Assembly: GCF_009914755.1 (NCBI RefSeq)
Contig: NC_060932.1
Source: the human T2T-CHM13v2.0 reference genome, Homo sapiens
Direction: 5' to 3' (one strand)
Length of the DNA: 64,000 nt
Position numbers and translations under genes: made by a program. A model generated the notes under the pieces. It was not told the DNA's origin. It searched no databases and was given only the letters and a program-made list of their open reading frames with translations. Shown here piece by piece: positions 40,411-54,903 of this stretch. Within the stretch, counting starts at the first letter, position 1. The number at the start of each line of letters is the position of its first letter.

Positions 40411-41013
40411 TGAAGCAGCTACGTTGTCTGGGGTATATACCCTGGGGTTAGTAATCTTGCGCCAGGAAAATATAGGACACGGACACACACGAGTTTAGGA
40501 GCAGAGGTTTAACATGCAGAAGAGAAGAGAAAGAGAAACATATCTCTCTATAGAGAGAGAGGGGTCTCCCGGAAGAAAAGACTGGCTGGCAGCGGATGCA
40601 CGTGATTTTATAGTCCAGCTTGAGGAGGTGGTGTCTGATTTACGTAGTGCTCACAGATTGGTTTAATCAGGTGTGACGTTTACATAGCGCTGGGAAGGCT
40701 GGTCGCCCCACCCTAATCTAATTATGCAAATAATTCTCCTTGGATGGTGCCGTATTGTCTGCTCCTTACTGTACACATAGCTGGCAGAGAAGGGAAGATG
40801 GATACGCCATCTCGAACATGTCTAGTCCCTAGTTCCTGCCTTCATTCACCTGTGCAAGCTCCCAGCTTGCTTATCTGTCTGCAGCTTGACTTTACAGGCT
40901 CCTCTTTGTTAGAAAATGATTTGGGGCTGCTTTTCATTAAACAGAAAAGCCTTACCGAGGACGCCCATACCCTTACTATCTGCCTAAGTGATTTCTTCTT
41001 AACTCCTGTAGCA
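40411..41013 (-). mobile_element. LTR9-family-like ERV1 solo LTR
   Basis: The reverse complement begins TGCTACAGGAGTTAAGAAGAAATCACTTAGGCAGATAGT. Perfect TSD gtag; ATGCAAAT at 40724-40731. Confidence 0.7.
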
Positions 41014-41810
41014 GTAGGTACCATTAAGCTAGGAAATATAGAGGCAGAGGAAGAGCTGAATCATAGATGGAAAGATAGGTCTTGGAAGTCATAAAACTAT
41101 TATTCCTCTAGATAATTTTAGACTTGCTATAAAGTCCCCCAACCTCATTCCTGACTCAAGTGAACCTGATGTCTGGAACACAACTAAAGGAATAGATTCC
41201 TGTGTTTTCTAGTGTCTCCCAGTCCAGCCAAACTGCCTCTATTTTGCCAAAAATAAACCAAAAATCAAAAAACAAAAAAAACTGTCTTGAGGCTGTGGGC
41301 GAAAGTGCTGATTTGGCTTCGAAAACACTGGAAGTATAAAAGTGGCTATAAAAGGAACAAGAGAATGGCAACATCTGCTGGAGTCGCCAAAACTGGGAAG
41401 AAGGTATGGTGAGACACCCAAGCTGGCAGAGTGAAGAATGCAGGAACCGGAACAGTCAAGGACTGGAGGTGAGTTGCAGCCATCTCATAGCTCAGTGTCT
41501 TTGGAAAGGATGAAAACACCAAGGAGAGAGACTGAGAAGAGCCTAGGAAATAAACCAACAAACCCTCGTACAAAGAGGAAGACTCTCTCCTAGTTTTGTA
41601 TCTAAGCCTTCTAAGCCCAATTTATCTCGTCTTAAAAATATATATATATGACAATCCCTCCATCAAATAGAACTCCTGGGTGAAGCAAAACTATAATACT
41701 TTCCTTTCACTCAGGCAGCAGTCAAATATAATGATGATGGAAATAATAGCTCTAGACTTATAGCATAAGAGGCAGCTAGGAAAGAGGAGAAGAAAAAAAG
41801 ATTGAGGCCT

Positions 41811-42498
41811 GTGCCACATTTTCTTTATCCAGTCTATTATTGATGGACATTTGGGTTGGTTCCAAGTCTTTGCTATTGTGAATAGTGCCGCAATAAACAT
41901 ACATGTGCATGTGTCTTTATAGTAGAATGATTTATAATCCTTTGGGTATACATCCAGTAACGGTATTGCTGGGTCAAGTGGTATTTCTAGTTCTAGATCC
42001 TTGAGGAATCGCCACACTGCCTTTCACAATGGTTGAACTAATTTACACTCCCACCAACAGTGTAAAAGTGTTCCTGTTTCTCCACATCCTGTCCAGCATC
42101 TGTTGTTTCCTGACTTTTTAATGATCGCCATTCTAACTGGTGTGAGATGGCATCATTCTCAGCAAACTATCACAAGAACAGAAAACCAAACACCGCATAT
42201 GCTCACTCATATGTGGCAGTTGAACAATGTGAACACATGGACACAGGGAGGGGAACATCACACACTGGGGCCTGTCAGCGGGGTGCAGGTCTAGGGGAGG
42301 GATAACATAAGGAGAAATACCTAATGTAGATGACGGGTTGATGGGTGCAGCAAACCACCAAGGCACGTGTATACCTATGTAACAAAACTGCATATTCTGC
42401 ACATGTACCCCAGAACTTAAAAGTATAATTAAAAAAAGAAAAAATAATAAAAGAATGTATCTCACATTGTCCCATACTAAAAAAAAAAAAAAAATAAT
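41811..42498 (+). mobile_element. 5'-truncated, 5'-inverted L1PA (approx. PA5-PA8)
   Basis: 41811-42150 is an antisense ORF2 end (MWRFLKDLELEIPLDPAIPLL...). 42151-42440 is sense 3' UTR followed by poly(A). Confidence 0.9.
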
Positions 42499-42764
42499 AA
42501 GAATGAGACCAAAGTGGAATTCCGTTGGTGATTTAAGGAGACAGGTGTAGTCATAGACCACTAGAAAAAATACGAAAGGAAAACTTGAAAGGAAAATATG
42601 AAAGGAAAAATCCTGTTGCCAAAAGCAATAAGATTTCAGATCTGCACTCCAAGAGAAAGGAAATAGAGGGAAATCCAGTTCTCAAGCAGGGGAGGAGTTG
42701 GTTGGAAATGAAAGAAGAAGCAAAACAGAACTCCACTTCTCTCACACGATTCTGGAACATTCTA

Positions 42765-42958
42765 GAACTGTACTATCCAATGTGTAACCCATATGTAGTA
42801 ATATAAATAATAAATTAAATTAAACTAATTAATAGTAGCCACATTTCAAGTATTCAGTAGCCACATGTGGTTGGTTGCTACTATAACTACTGTATTGGAC
42901 AGTGCAGATAAAAGACTTTCCTGCCATCATAGAAAAGTCTTTTGGACAAATCTGTTCT
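42765..42958. mobile_element. MER3/MER33-like hAT MITE
   Basis: ctgtactatccaat...agtagccacatgtggttggttgctact...tattggacagtgcag. Confidence 0.7.
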
Positions 42959-42999
42959 AAAGCAAATTAGACCTCTCTCTAGACAAGAGAAATTAAATT

Positions 43000-45170
43000 T
43001 CTGTATGAGCATCAGATGACAAATCAGTTACAGTTCACCTGAAAGTAAGAGGAATAAGTGTCATAAGAACATGATCAGACAGTACATTGCTTAAATATAT
43101 TTATTTTCCTGTAAAGAAAGATATTTAAATATGTCTTCTTGTGTAACTTAGAGATAAATGAAGTCAAAGAACTCAAATATGGGAAAATTGTGGTATAAAA
43201 GCTGAAGTAAACCATGAAACTAGTTAAATATAGAAGTAAAACTACAGACTTATAAATATAAATTAAATACAGTTGAAATATCAAGAATGATTCCTAACAA
43301 AGAAGATGTATAATGTGTACAATATTGGTATCTGTATTCTGATCTACAGTCTCAGATCAGAAAAAAAAATGTGTGTAGGGAACTGGTGCTGAGGATGCAG
43401 AGAGAGTAAAAGCATGCTTTTTTCCTAATTTGGTGTAGGTGGAAAGCAGTATATTATTTCCTTTGACAGACTGATGTATTGAGAAAGTTTGTGATTTTAA
43501 ATATTTGTAAATGCATCCTATTAAGACACTATGTATATATTTTAATTTATTATGGGAAATAGAAAAAAAACAAGTAAAGGACATTTATAAAACACTATAG
43601 TAAAAGAAACAGAAGAAAGCATAAAACCCAAAAGCATAAAAGATATTTATGACATGTCACAATTTAGAAGGCATAGGCTCATATTAATTAAAACTATCAA
43701 AACAGAATTTATATAGCCTTTACAAGAAACACAACTGTAAATGAATTTCAGTAAAAAGGTAAAAAATGGAACAAAGATGTATCAGGCAATACAAAAGAAC
43801 ACTGGAGCTATCACATGCATCAAAATAGAAATCAATTCCAGGAAGCAATAAATGGACATAAATGGTAATTTTATTTTGATAGAAAAATCCACAGTGATGA
43901 TATAAACGTTATGAACCTTCATACACAAAGTAACATAGAATGTAAATATAGCTGAATGTTTTTAAACACGTAGGGAAAAATTTGACAGAACAATAGTAGT
44001 GGGGAGTTTTTAAGACATCTTTTATTGTTTGACAGATCATTTAGGGGAAAAGAGTAAATGAAAGTAATGACTAATTATTCAGCTGAAAGTATCTCTTGAG
44101 TACTTGTGCCAGGCTCTAATGACACAATAGTGAGAAGGACGAATATAGTACGTGTACTGTACAGTGTAATATATATGGAAAAGCTTATTCATAAAGATAC
44201 ATGTATATTAAGGATGTGTATAAAGGATTTGCCTACATATATTTATAATCTCTGGACAATATATTGCCTTTTAAGCATTCATGGAAAATTATTTAAAATG
44301 AAAAGAGATGAGGAAAACAGGAAACTTTCAGTTATTATAACAGTAAGATTTTCTCACCATCCTGTTGTAAAAATGTAGATGGATTACAAACAATTAGAGT
44401 GACAAAGCTTTATTGACCTGGAAAAAAGTCAATATTTCTAAATAACTAAAATAAAATATGATAATTGCAATCTCATATAATTTAGGAATTAAGAATAATG
44501 AGAACTCTGTATTCAGTATGACCACTTATAGCATATGGTCAAATCTATGCTGAGAGGAAAATCCATATTCTAAAATGCTTATTAAAAATAAATGAACCAA
44601 TCATTTTATTCTAAATTCTCAAAAGAGATCAAGAAAATATAACAGAGAATTTACAGTTAAAAATAGAAAACAGTGAATTAGAAAACAAAAAGTGTAATAG
44701 TGATATATAATAGCACAAAATATATAAATAAATAAGAGTAATTTGTAAAAGCACAAAAACTACATAAAGAAATATATATGTATATACATAGATGCCTATG
44801 TAAAAATCTTCTTACACATATATCAAGGAATAGGTTCTTATATATTACTTAGAAATAAATCGGACAAGTCATATACATTATCTATGTGAATAAAATTTCA
44901 GAAAAACCCCATAAGCCGTGATGTGTATAAATGGAGATATATATCATATTTCTGGAAGGGAAAACCCAGCATTGGAGAGATAATCATTTCTTACTACAAT
45001 ATTCTGTACCTAAAATAAATGAAAAATATAGAAGTAGAAATTCAGAGAGCGAAAAATAGAAATAAATAAATGAATGAAAAATGTCAACAGGATTTTTTTG
45101 GGGGATGTTTGGGGACTGTCGGTAGGGCTATTGAAAAATTTATCTAAGAACAAATAGATAAGAACAGTGA
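43000..45170 (+). mobile_element. Highly decayed L1M/L1ME fragments
   Basis: A-rich L1-like relics (endonuclease-region-like 43700-44500; ORF2-like 44930-45170). Confidence 0.45.
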
Positions 45171-45194
45171 ACTAAAATGCCATTTTAATTTTAT

Positions 45195-45780
45195 TGTGAT
45201 TATAGGTGTCTGTGCACTCGTCTGTGCACTTAGAGCTGAACAAGTTGAGTTTATTACTCATCACATCATGGGTGATTGTACCCAATGGAGATTAACAGGG
45301 CACCTTGGTAAGAGGATATTATAAAGGACAGATGACCAAATTTGGGCTTTATTTGGGTAATTTGGGCTTCAGTTGGGTGATTTGGAGGACAGTCTAAGAA
45401 AAGAGAGGTTTATGTTTGATTTAGTGCTGTTAGAAACTGGGGAAAATTCTATAATTGGCTGTCTTAACAAATCTTAGCTAAAGACATATGGGCTAGAGTG
45501 ACACAAAAGCTAAGACTGGTCTAGAAAACAGTAACATTCAATCATATTTGCTAGGAGAGGGAGGTGTTTGGTATTTTGTGGTCTGCTAAATGGCAGTGAC
45601 TGTGCTTACATAATATTTTGCGGTGGTTTTATTTTGTCTCACTTTATTATGGCCTCACAATGACTTTGTCTAAATTTGATGGTCTTTGAGATTATTTATG
45701 TCCAAGAAGAAAACAACATAGCCTAACTTCTAGTACCAGGCCTACTTCTGTCCACTCTGTGGCCTTGTAATTGTCAGATC
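45195..45780. mobile_element. Old LTR element, family uncertain
   Basis: LTR-like composition (gagtttattactca..., ataattggctgtcttaacaaatctta); termini not resolved. Confidence 0.35.
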
Positions 45781-45867
45781 AGTTCCTGCATTTCAAAGCC
45801 TGCTTTTTCTCTTTCTTGCAATCATATTTAAACTTAACTCTGCCATATCTATTTTTTAAACTTTTAA

Positions 45868-46587
<720 letters not shown>

Positions 46588-47879
46588 TGTTTAATAGTCT
46601 TTAGGTAAAAATCTAAAGTTAGCCACAATCTCTATTCCTATGGTTGATATTTTGTAATATTTTAACTCCAATTTACTCTCATTTTCCATATTATTGCTTC
46701 TACTATTTTAGTTTTTTCTCACTTTGAGACACAACAAACTAGGTCATTAGTAATTTTGTGAATAGCCAATCCTCATTTAAATTCTATCAACATATTTCCA
46801 GTTCTTTACTCACACTCATTTTTTGTATCACCTTGCTTTCTTCTGGTTCCATTTTATTTCCTATTTAATGAAATAGATCCTTTTAGAAGTTATTTTACTT
46901 GGGGTTTGTAAGTGTGTGAATATTTTGTTTGTCAGAAAATACTTTTTATTTTGCTCTCCACTGCCACATGATAACCTATCAGGGTACAGAATTTCTATTG
47001 AAAGCAATTTTATTATTTTTTTCCAGCAGTTTGGAGATAGTATTGTACTGCCTTTGAGAATCTATTGGTGCTGATGTGAATCTGCTGTACAGAAAAAGTC
47101 ATGCCATTACTTTTTAGTTGCTTTTAAGATTTTCCTCATCTTTGATAATTTCTCATTTCTTTTTATGAGTCTTCTAACTTTTGTAAACCTTGATGGGTTT
47201 TTTAATATGGTAGCAAACATAGATAACCCTCAAAATTGCGGATTTGTTTGTTCAACAAATATTTATTGAAAGATCATTACTTGCCAGGCAGTATTTCTAT
47301 GATTTTGGATGCATAGAAACACTGGATAACACTAACAAATGCTCTATGTGTAAAATATTACATATAAAACAGGTTATCAAAAGAGACTTTTCCTGCTATC
47401 TATGTGTTTGGCCTTAAAATGCTGAGAACAGTAGTTGCCAGATAATCTATGTAGGCTGTACTAAGACTATGAAAGACTGATTTCATGACTCCTAGCTTAC
47501 CAAAGATCTCCAGGTTTCATAAAACAAGGCTAAAAATTTATCATAAAGTTGAAGATTGGCAAAGAATATGTTCTTAGAGAGTTGCCCATGTTCTTCATGT
47601 GAGAGGAAGGGTGGCTCAAGAAAAGATCTCAAAGCAATTGACATGTCCACTGGAATGTGGGGTATTCAGTGAATAATGGCTCACACCTATACAAGTTTAA
47701 AAGTAGACAGCAAGCCGGTATACACTCTTATTGTGCAGTGAAAGAAGGAAGCTCCAATAGCAGAAAGCTGAACTTCCACTGACAGTGGGGGGAAGGGTAT
47801 TTGGTATCTGTTGGACAGATGGGGAACCCACAGAAGGAAACCATACTTTAGTCTTCAAGTACAATTTTCTCCCTTTCTT

Positions 47880-48155
47880 CTTTTTGTTAATTTTTAATTT
47901 TTGTGGGAACATAGAAGTGTATATATTTATGGGGTACATGAGATACTTTACAGGCACGCAATGCATAATAATCACATCATGGTAAATGAAGTATCCATTC
48001 TCTCAAACATTTATCTTTTGTGTTACAAATGATCTAATGAAACTCTTTTAGTTATTTTTTAATGTACAATTAAATTATTATTGATTATAGTCACCCTGTT
48101 GTGCTATCAACTACTAGGTCTTATTCATTCTTTGTAACTACTTTTTGTACCAATA
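47880..48155 (-). mobile_element. L1MA 3' end
   Basis: tatttatggggtacatgaga...atagtcaccctgttgtgctatcaa. Confidence 0.75.
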
Positions 48156-50234
48156 GAGTACAGGGGAGTTTTAAAGCAGTGACACTATTTTGTCTGATAC
48201 TATAATGATGGATATATGTCATTATACATTTGTCAGAACACATAGAATGTATAAAAACTAAGGATGAGGTAAACTGTGGACTTAGGTAAATAATGAAGTG
48301 TCAATATTGGTTCATCAGTTATAGCAAATGTACCACACTGGTGGAGGATAATTGATGGTGGAGAAAGCTGAGTGGCAGAGGGGGAAAATGTTGGAACTCT
48401 CTCTACTTTGTGCTCAATTTTGCTGTGACCCTAAAAGTCTGTAAATTGAAAAAAAAAGCACACACAGATAAGATTAACAGAGTAGACATTGCAGAAGAAA
48501 CAATTAGGAGGCTTGAAAACACAAGCTAGAAACAATTAGAGAGATTGAAAATATAATATTTCAATGTAATATCTATAATGGAAAATAGGGAGAAAAAGAC
48601 TGAAAATACAAAAAGACTTCAGTGAACTGGTGATCAACATCATCAGCCAACTTGACCTTTTTGGTATTTATAGAATACTCCACCAAACAACTCAAAATAT
48701 GTGTTATTTTCAAGTACATATAAAACATTTACCCAAATAGACCATATTAATGCCCATAAAGTATCAACAAATTGAAAAGAATTCAAGGAATATCTTGTAT
48801 TCAAGGAGTATCTTGTATAGCCATGATGGAATTAAACTAAAAATAAATAACAGAAGATATCTGAATTTGGAAGCTGAATAACACAGTTCTAAATACCCTA
48901 GAGACCAGAGAAGACATTGAAATGCAAATCAAAAACTATTTTGAACTAAATGAAAATGAAAAGACACCATATCAAATTTTATGGAATGCATCTAAAGGAG
49001 TATTTAGAGGGAAATTTATGGAACTAAACATCTATATTAGTGGAGAAGAAAGGTCTCAAATCAACAACCTTAGCTTCCACTTAAAGAAACTAGAAAGCAA
49101 AGTGCAAATAAAACCCGAAGTAAGGAGGAGAAAGGAAATAATAAATATCAGAGCAAAGATGAATGAAATAAAAAAAACAGAAAGGCAATACAGAAAATCA
49201 AAGAAACTAAAATCTGATTCTTTGAGAAAATAAAATTTATAAACCTTTAGTCAGATGGATTAGGAAATAAAAATACACAAATTACAGAAACCTAAAATGA
49301 AAAAAGTGACATTGCTATAGTTGTTACTTACAGATATTTAAAAAGATAATAAAGGGATTATTATAAGCAACTTTATAGCCAATACAACGCCTTAAATGCA
49401 ATGGGCAAACTGATTGAAAGACATCAACTACCAAAGCTCACTCAAGAAGAGATAGATAACCTGAATAACCTTCTATCTACTAAAAACATGAATTTGTCTT
49501 AAATGCCTTCCAAAAAAAACAAAGGATAAAACAAATCTACAGGCCCAAGGAAGTTCACAAGAGAATATTATTCAGTCATAAAAAGGGATCAAATACAATC
49601 CATGTTACAACATAATCACAAAAATATTACGCTATGTGAAAGAAACCAGATGAAAAATGCCACATATTGGTGGCTACCTTATAAAAGATCACATAGAGTT
49701 ATATAAAATATCCAGAAGAGGTAAATCCTTAGAGACAGAAAACATACTGGTGGTTGCCAGGGCTTGTGGGGGCGGGGTAGGAAGGGGAGCAACTGATTAT
49801 TTGATACAGGGTTTTCTTTTGGAGTGATGAAAATCTTTTGGATCTAGATAGAGGTGGTGGTTATACACATCATAAATACAGTAAATGCCACCAAATTGTT
49901 CACCTTAAAATGGTTAATTTTATATGATATGAATTCCACCCAAAAATAAGAAGCAGGCAGGGAGACTTACAGAATCTAAAAATATTAAAAAGTGGTATTA
50001 TTTATAATAACATCAAAATATGAAGTAAGAATAAATCTAACAAAACATGCACCAGGTGTAAACCCTGAAAACTATAAGCATTGCTGAGAAAAATTAAAGA
50101 ATTAAAGAGAAAGATAAAGCATGTGCCATGGACTGGAATTATCAATAATTTCAAAATGTCAACGTTTACCAAATTGGTCTATAGATTCAATACAATACCA
50201 ATTGAAATTACAGCAGGCTTTCCAATACCAATTG

Positions 50235-50685
50235 AATAGCAAAGACTTGGAACCAACCCAAATGTCCAACAATGATAGACTGGATTAAGAAAATGTGGCA
50301 CATATACACCATGGAATACTATGCAGCCATAAAAAATGATGAGTTCATGTCCTTTGTAGGGACATGGATGAAATTGGAAATCATCATTCTCAGTAAACTA
50401 TCACAAGAACAAAAAACCAAACACCGCATATTCTCACTCATAGGTGGGAATTGAACAATGAGATCACATGGACACAGGAAGGGGAATATCACACTCTGGG
50501 GACTGTTGTGGGGTGGGGGGAGGGGGGAGGGATAGCACTGGGAGATATACCTAATGCTAGATGATGAGTTAGTGGGTGCAGCGCACCAGCATGGCACATG
50601 TATACATATGTAACTAACCTGCACAATGTGCACATGTACCCTAAAACTTAAAGTATAATAATAATAATAATAATAATAAAAGAAA
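50235..50685 (+). mobile_element. L1PA2-like young 5'-truncated L1
   Basis: Near-consensus 3' end; non-Ta GAG in gctagatgatgagttagtggg; (AAT)n tail; TSD gaaattacagcagg/gaaattacagtagg. Confidence 0.9.
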
Positions 50686-51616
50686 GAAATTACAGTAGGG
50701 TAGGAATTGAAAAGCTGATTCTAAAATTCAGATGGTAAAACAAAGTACCTAGAACAGCCAAAACGATTAAAGAAAAAAAAAAAACTTCAGGGACTTACAG
50801 TACTTGACTTCATGAGTTTTAAATGTAGTCACTGTGATACTAACTTCAAGATTGGCAGATTGACCCACTGAACAAAATAGAGAGCTCAGAAATAAACTAA
50901 CACGTATTTGGTCAGTTGATTTTTTGACAAAGTTGTAAAGGCAATTCAGTGGAGTAAGGATAGACTTTTCCACAAATAGTGCTGGAATAATTGGATGTAT
51001 CTATGTAAAAAGGGCAACTTTAATCAATACTTCACATTATATTAAAAAAAAACTTTATGTGGACTATAGACCTAAATGTAAAACCTGAGTCTATACAACT
51101 ACTAGAAGAAAACATTATATTTTTGTGACCCTGGGTTAGGCAGAGATTTCTTAAATATAACACCAAAAGGAGAATCTGAAAGGAAAAAAAATGGATAAAT
51201 TGGACACCACAAAAGTTAAGAACTTTTGTTCTTTAAATGACAATAATAATAAAAAGACAAGTTACAGATGGGGGAAAATATTTGTAAATCATATATATAA
51301 TAAACAGCTGGAATCCAGAAAATGTAAATAACTCTCAAACCTCAATAATTAAAAAACCAAACCGATAAAAAATGAGAAAAATATTTGAATGGATACTTTT
51401 TCAAGGAATATTTAAAGATGGCAAATAGACAAATGAAAAGATATTCAGCATTGTTCATCATAAGGAGAACACAAATGTAAGCCACATTAGACACCACTAC
51501 ACAGGTATTAGAATGTCAAAAATTATTAAGTTTCATGATATCAAGTGTTAGTAAGGATGTGAAGCCATTAGAACTCTCATAGACTGTTGCTGGGAATGCA
51601 ACAGTTTACAGTTTGG

Positions 51617-51763
51617 CATATATATATGCTATATTATATATATATGCTATATTATATATGCTATATTATATATATAAAATATATTATATTATATATAATA
51701 TTATATATATAATATATATTATATATATATGCTATATTATATATATATATATATATGCTATAT
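51617..51763. repeat. AT-rich (TATAT/ATGCTATATT)n low-complexity repeat
   Basis: Read directly. Confidence 0.9.
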
Positions 51764-54489
51764 TTCACAGCCATTCCACTACTAGGTATTAATTCGGAGA
51801 AATAAAACATATGTGCATCCAAACTCCTGTACATGAATGTTCAGCTTATTTGTAATAACCCAAAATTGGGTTTGCAATAACCCAAAATTGTCTGTTACAA
51901 ATAGGCAAACATGAATATCCATCAACAATTAATTTATAAACAAATTGTGCATATCCATACAATGTATAAATGTATACACACATACACAAACATATTCATA
52001 ACAACAGAAAAAATATTCATGACAATTGTAGTTCTCTGTAACTGATCACATGGTCAGAGCTTGCATTTGTAACTACCCTCTTTCAGCACTCATTCTGTGT
52101 TCCCTTTGCCCTCAGAAAGCACCTCAACTGGTTGTGATTCTTAACCTGATGGGGTGACTCAGACCTTCGTTCTTGGAGGATCTGGGCCATTAGTAGTACT
52201 ACCTAAATTGAATTGTAGTTTTTCTATTGACTTTAATCATAGGGCATGATAATACTAAGAGGTACCCTAAGGGATCTCCTATGTTATAGCCATATTCTTC
52301 CTTACCTCCGTTTATTTGCCTATTGATTCAGATTCATAAGGGAGTCCAAGTATCTGAGTGGCAGTCTTAACTTCTAGTTTAATTGAATCATTGTTCTGTG
52401 TTTTGGCAGAAACATTCCTTCTCTTGGAACTACCATCTCTAGGCCAGCAGAGCATAAATTCATGGGGAGAAAAAGCAAAAATTTAACTGGTGGGTCAATA
52501 GGGGTAACAGTCAGTGATGTCGCTTCCATTTCTATCTCTTAATTCTTGAACCCATGAATCCTGACTAAGGGAGAAACAATATCAAATGCTGAATGTTGAT
52601 TTAGAGCATACATAGTCCCCTGGAGAACCTTGCCTGAGTCCTACAAGGTGTTGCCACCTAGCTGGTACTACAACTGAGTCTTCAAAAGGTTATTTCATCA
52701 TTCTATCAAGCCATAGCTGCTTCAAAGTGATGGATAACTATGGTAAGACCATTGAATTCTATGAGCATGAGCTCATTGCTGCTTTTTATTTGTTCCAAAG
52801 TTTCTTCTTTGATCAGAAGCAATGCTATGTGGAGTACCGGCCATGCTGGTGAATAAGGCATTTTTTAAGTCCACAGATGGTAGTTTTGGCAGAAGTATTG
52901 CATGCCAAGGAGGCAATTCCATTTCTAGAGTAAGTGTTTATTCCAGGAGGAACAAAACTCTGCTCCTTCCATTATGGAAGCTCTCCAATGTAATAAACCT
53001 GCCACCAGGTAGCTGTCTGGTCACCCTAGGGAACAGAATAGTGACTTGTCGGGGATTCCTTAGGATGCTGGCTTTTTAAGCACCCAGCAATGGCTATAGC
53101 CAGTTCGGCTTTGGTAAATGAAAGTCCATGTTACTGAACCCATGCGTAACCTCCATCCCTGCCATGATGGCCACTTTGTTCATGAGCTCATTGGACAACA
53201 ACAGGGATAGCTGGAGAAATAAACTGACTGATATCCACAGAACATGTCCTCTGCTGAGGTCATCATTTTGTGAACATTCACATGAAACACAAATATCTTC
53301 ACTTTTTTTTGCTCATTCAAAGAAGTCCATCTATATACTTCTTCCACAAATTTCATTGCCATCAGTTTTCCAGTTATGTTCCTTCCAAGTTCTATCATGG
53401 TCACATCCAGCCAAACCATTGACCACAGCCCATAAATCAGTATATAATTGCATGCCTGGCCATTCCTCTTTCCAAGTAAAGTGCACAACCGGATGAACTG
53501 CTTGAAGTTCTGCCCACTGAGAGGATTTCCTTTTGCTACTGTCCTTCAGGGATGTCCCATAAATAGGCTTTAGTGCTGCAGCTCTCCATTGCAGCTGGTG
53601 CCTGAATATCATGCTGAACCATCCGTAAACCAGGCCTGAGTCTCTTCTTCCTCTATGAACTGGCTGTAGGGAATTCCCCATGAAACCATAGGTACAGGCT
53701 GGGAGAAATAAGGTAGTGTAGCAGGAGTGTGAACCATAAGGGTTTAGACATATTGCTTTCAGGGTCAGCTTGAGGCTGATTTCATACATAAAACTTCCAT
53801 TTGATAAGGGAGTACCACTGTGAATGCCCAAACTTCATGGCTTGATGGATCAGATAATGCCCAGTTCATGCTGGGCAAATCAGGTTGCAACTTGGTGGCC
53901 CATGTTAAACATTTAGTCTCAAAGACCCAGGTGTAGAATAAAGCTGTTTCTCAAATAAAGAGTAGTTATCTACAGAGGATAGCAGGGCTTCACTTTAAAA
54001 TTCTAAGGGATTGCACTGTGATTCACTTATAAGAGGCTGTAAATGCCTCCAAACAACAGTTCTTGCGATTGACACCTCAAACCCATTGACGCTGATGGAT
54101 CATATGATTCAAGTGGCTGGTAGCTTGCATGGCAGCATGAACCTGTCACAGAACCTTCTGTTGTTTTAGGCTCCACTCAAAACTATCAGATTTTCAAGTT
54201 ACTCTGTAAATGGGTTGGAGCAGCATGCTCAAATGAAAAATACATTGCCTCCAAAATCCAAGAGGCCCACTAGGCAGTGCACGTCTCTTTTGGCTGTAGG
54301 AGGGGAAAGATGTGACAACTTGTTCACCTTCGAAAGGATATCTTAATATGCCCCACCCCACTGGACCCTCAAACAATTCACTGAGTTAGAAATCCTGAAT
54401 TTTTGTCAGATTTATTTTCTACCTTCTGACATGCAGATATTTTACCAGCAAGTTTAGGGTAGTTGTTACTTCTTGCTAACTATGTCCAA

Positions 54490-54903
54490 TCAGCAAAATG
54501 TAAAGAACGAGTATGATGTCTTGTAGAAGGGAAAGCTGGTCAAGTTACCTATGACTAAATTATGACATAGAGCTGGACAGTTCATCCACCCCTGTGATAG
54601 GGCAGTAAAGGTGTACATTTGGCCTTTCCAGCTGAAACCAAATTCCTTCTGGCATTCTCTACTAACAGGTAAAGAGAAAAATGCATTTGCCAGACCAATA
54701 GCTGCATACCAAGTGCCGGGGGATGTGGTAAATTGCTCAAGCAATGAAACCAATTCTGCTACAGGAGCTGCAATTGGGGTCACCACCTGGTTAAGCTTAA
54801 AATAATTCACTATCATTCTCCAAGATCCACATGTCTTCTTCACAGGCCAAATAGGTGAGTTGAATGGGGATGGGATGGGAGTCACCATCCCTACATTCTT
54901 CAA
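54490..54903 (-). pseudogene. ERVL reverse transcriptase fragment
   Basis: Retroviral RT motifs; frame broken before the catalytic DD motif. Confidence 0.85.

Larger units (their letters stand above)
48160..51960 (+). mobile_element. Composite old L1M (MB/MC) fragments
   Basis: ORF2 relic YFELNENEKTPYQILWNASKGVFRGKFMEL (48922-49233); 3' ends at 48160-48450 and 49555-49950; ORF2 C-terminal relics at 49970-51960. Confidence 0.75.

Noticed and set aside
51617-51763. Periodic atgctatattatata units resembling a repeat-spacer array
   Set aside because: Simple AT slippage repeat in eukaryotic DNA with no unique spacers; not CRISPR.
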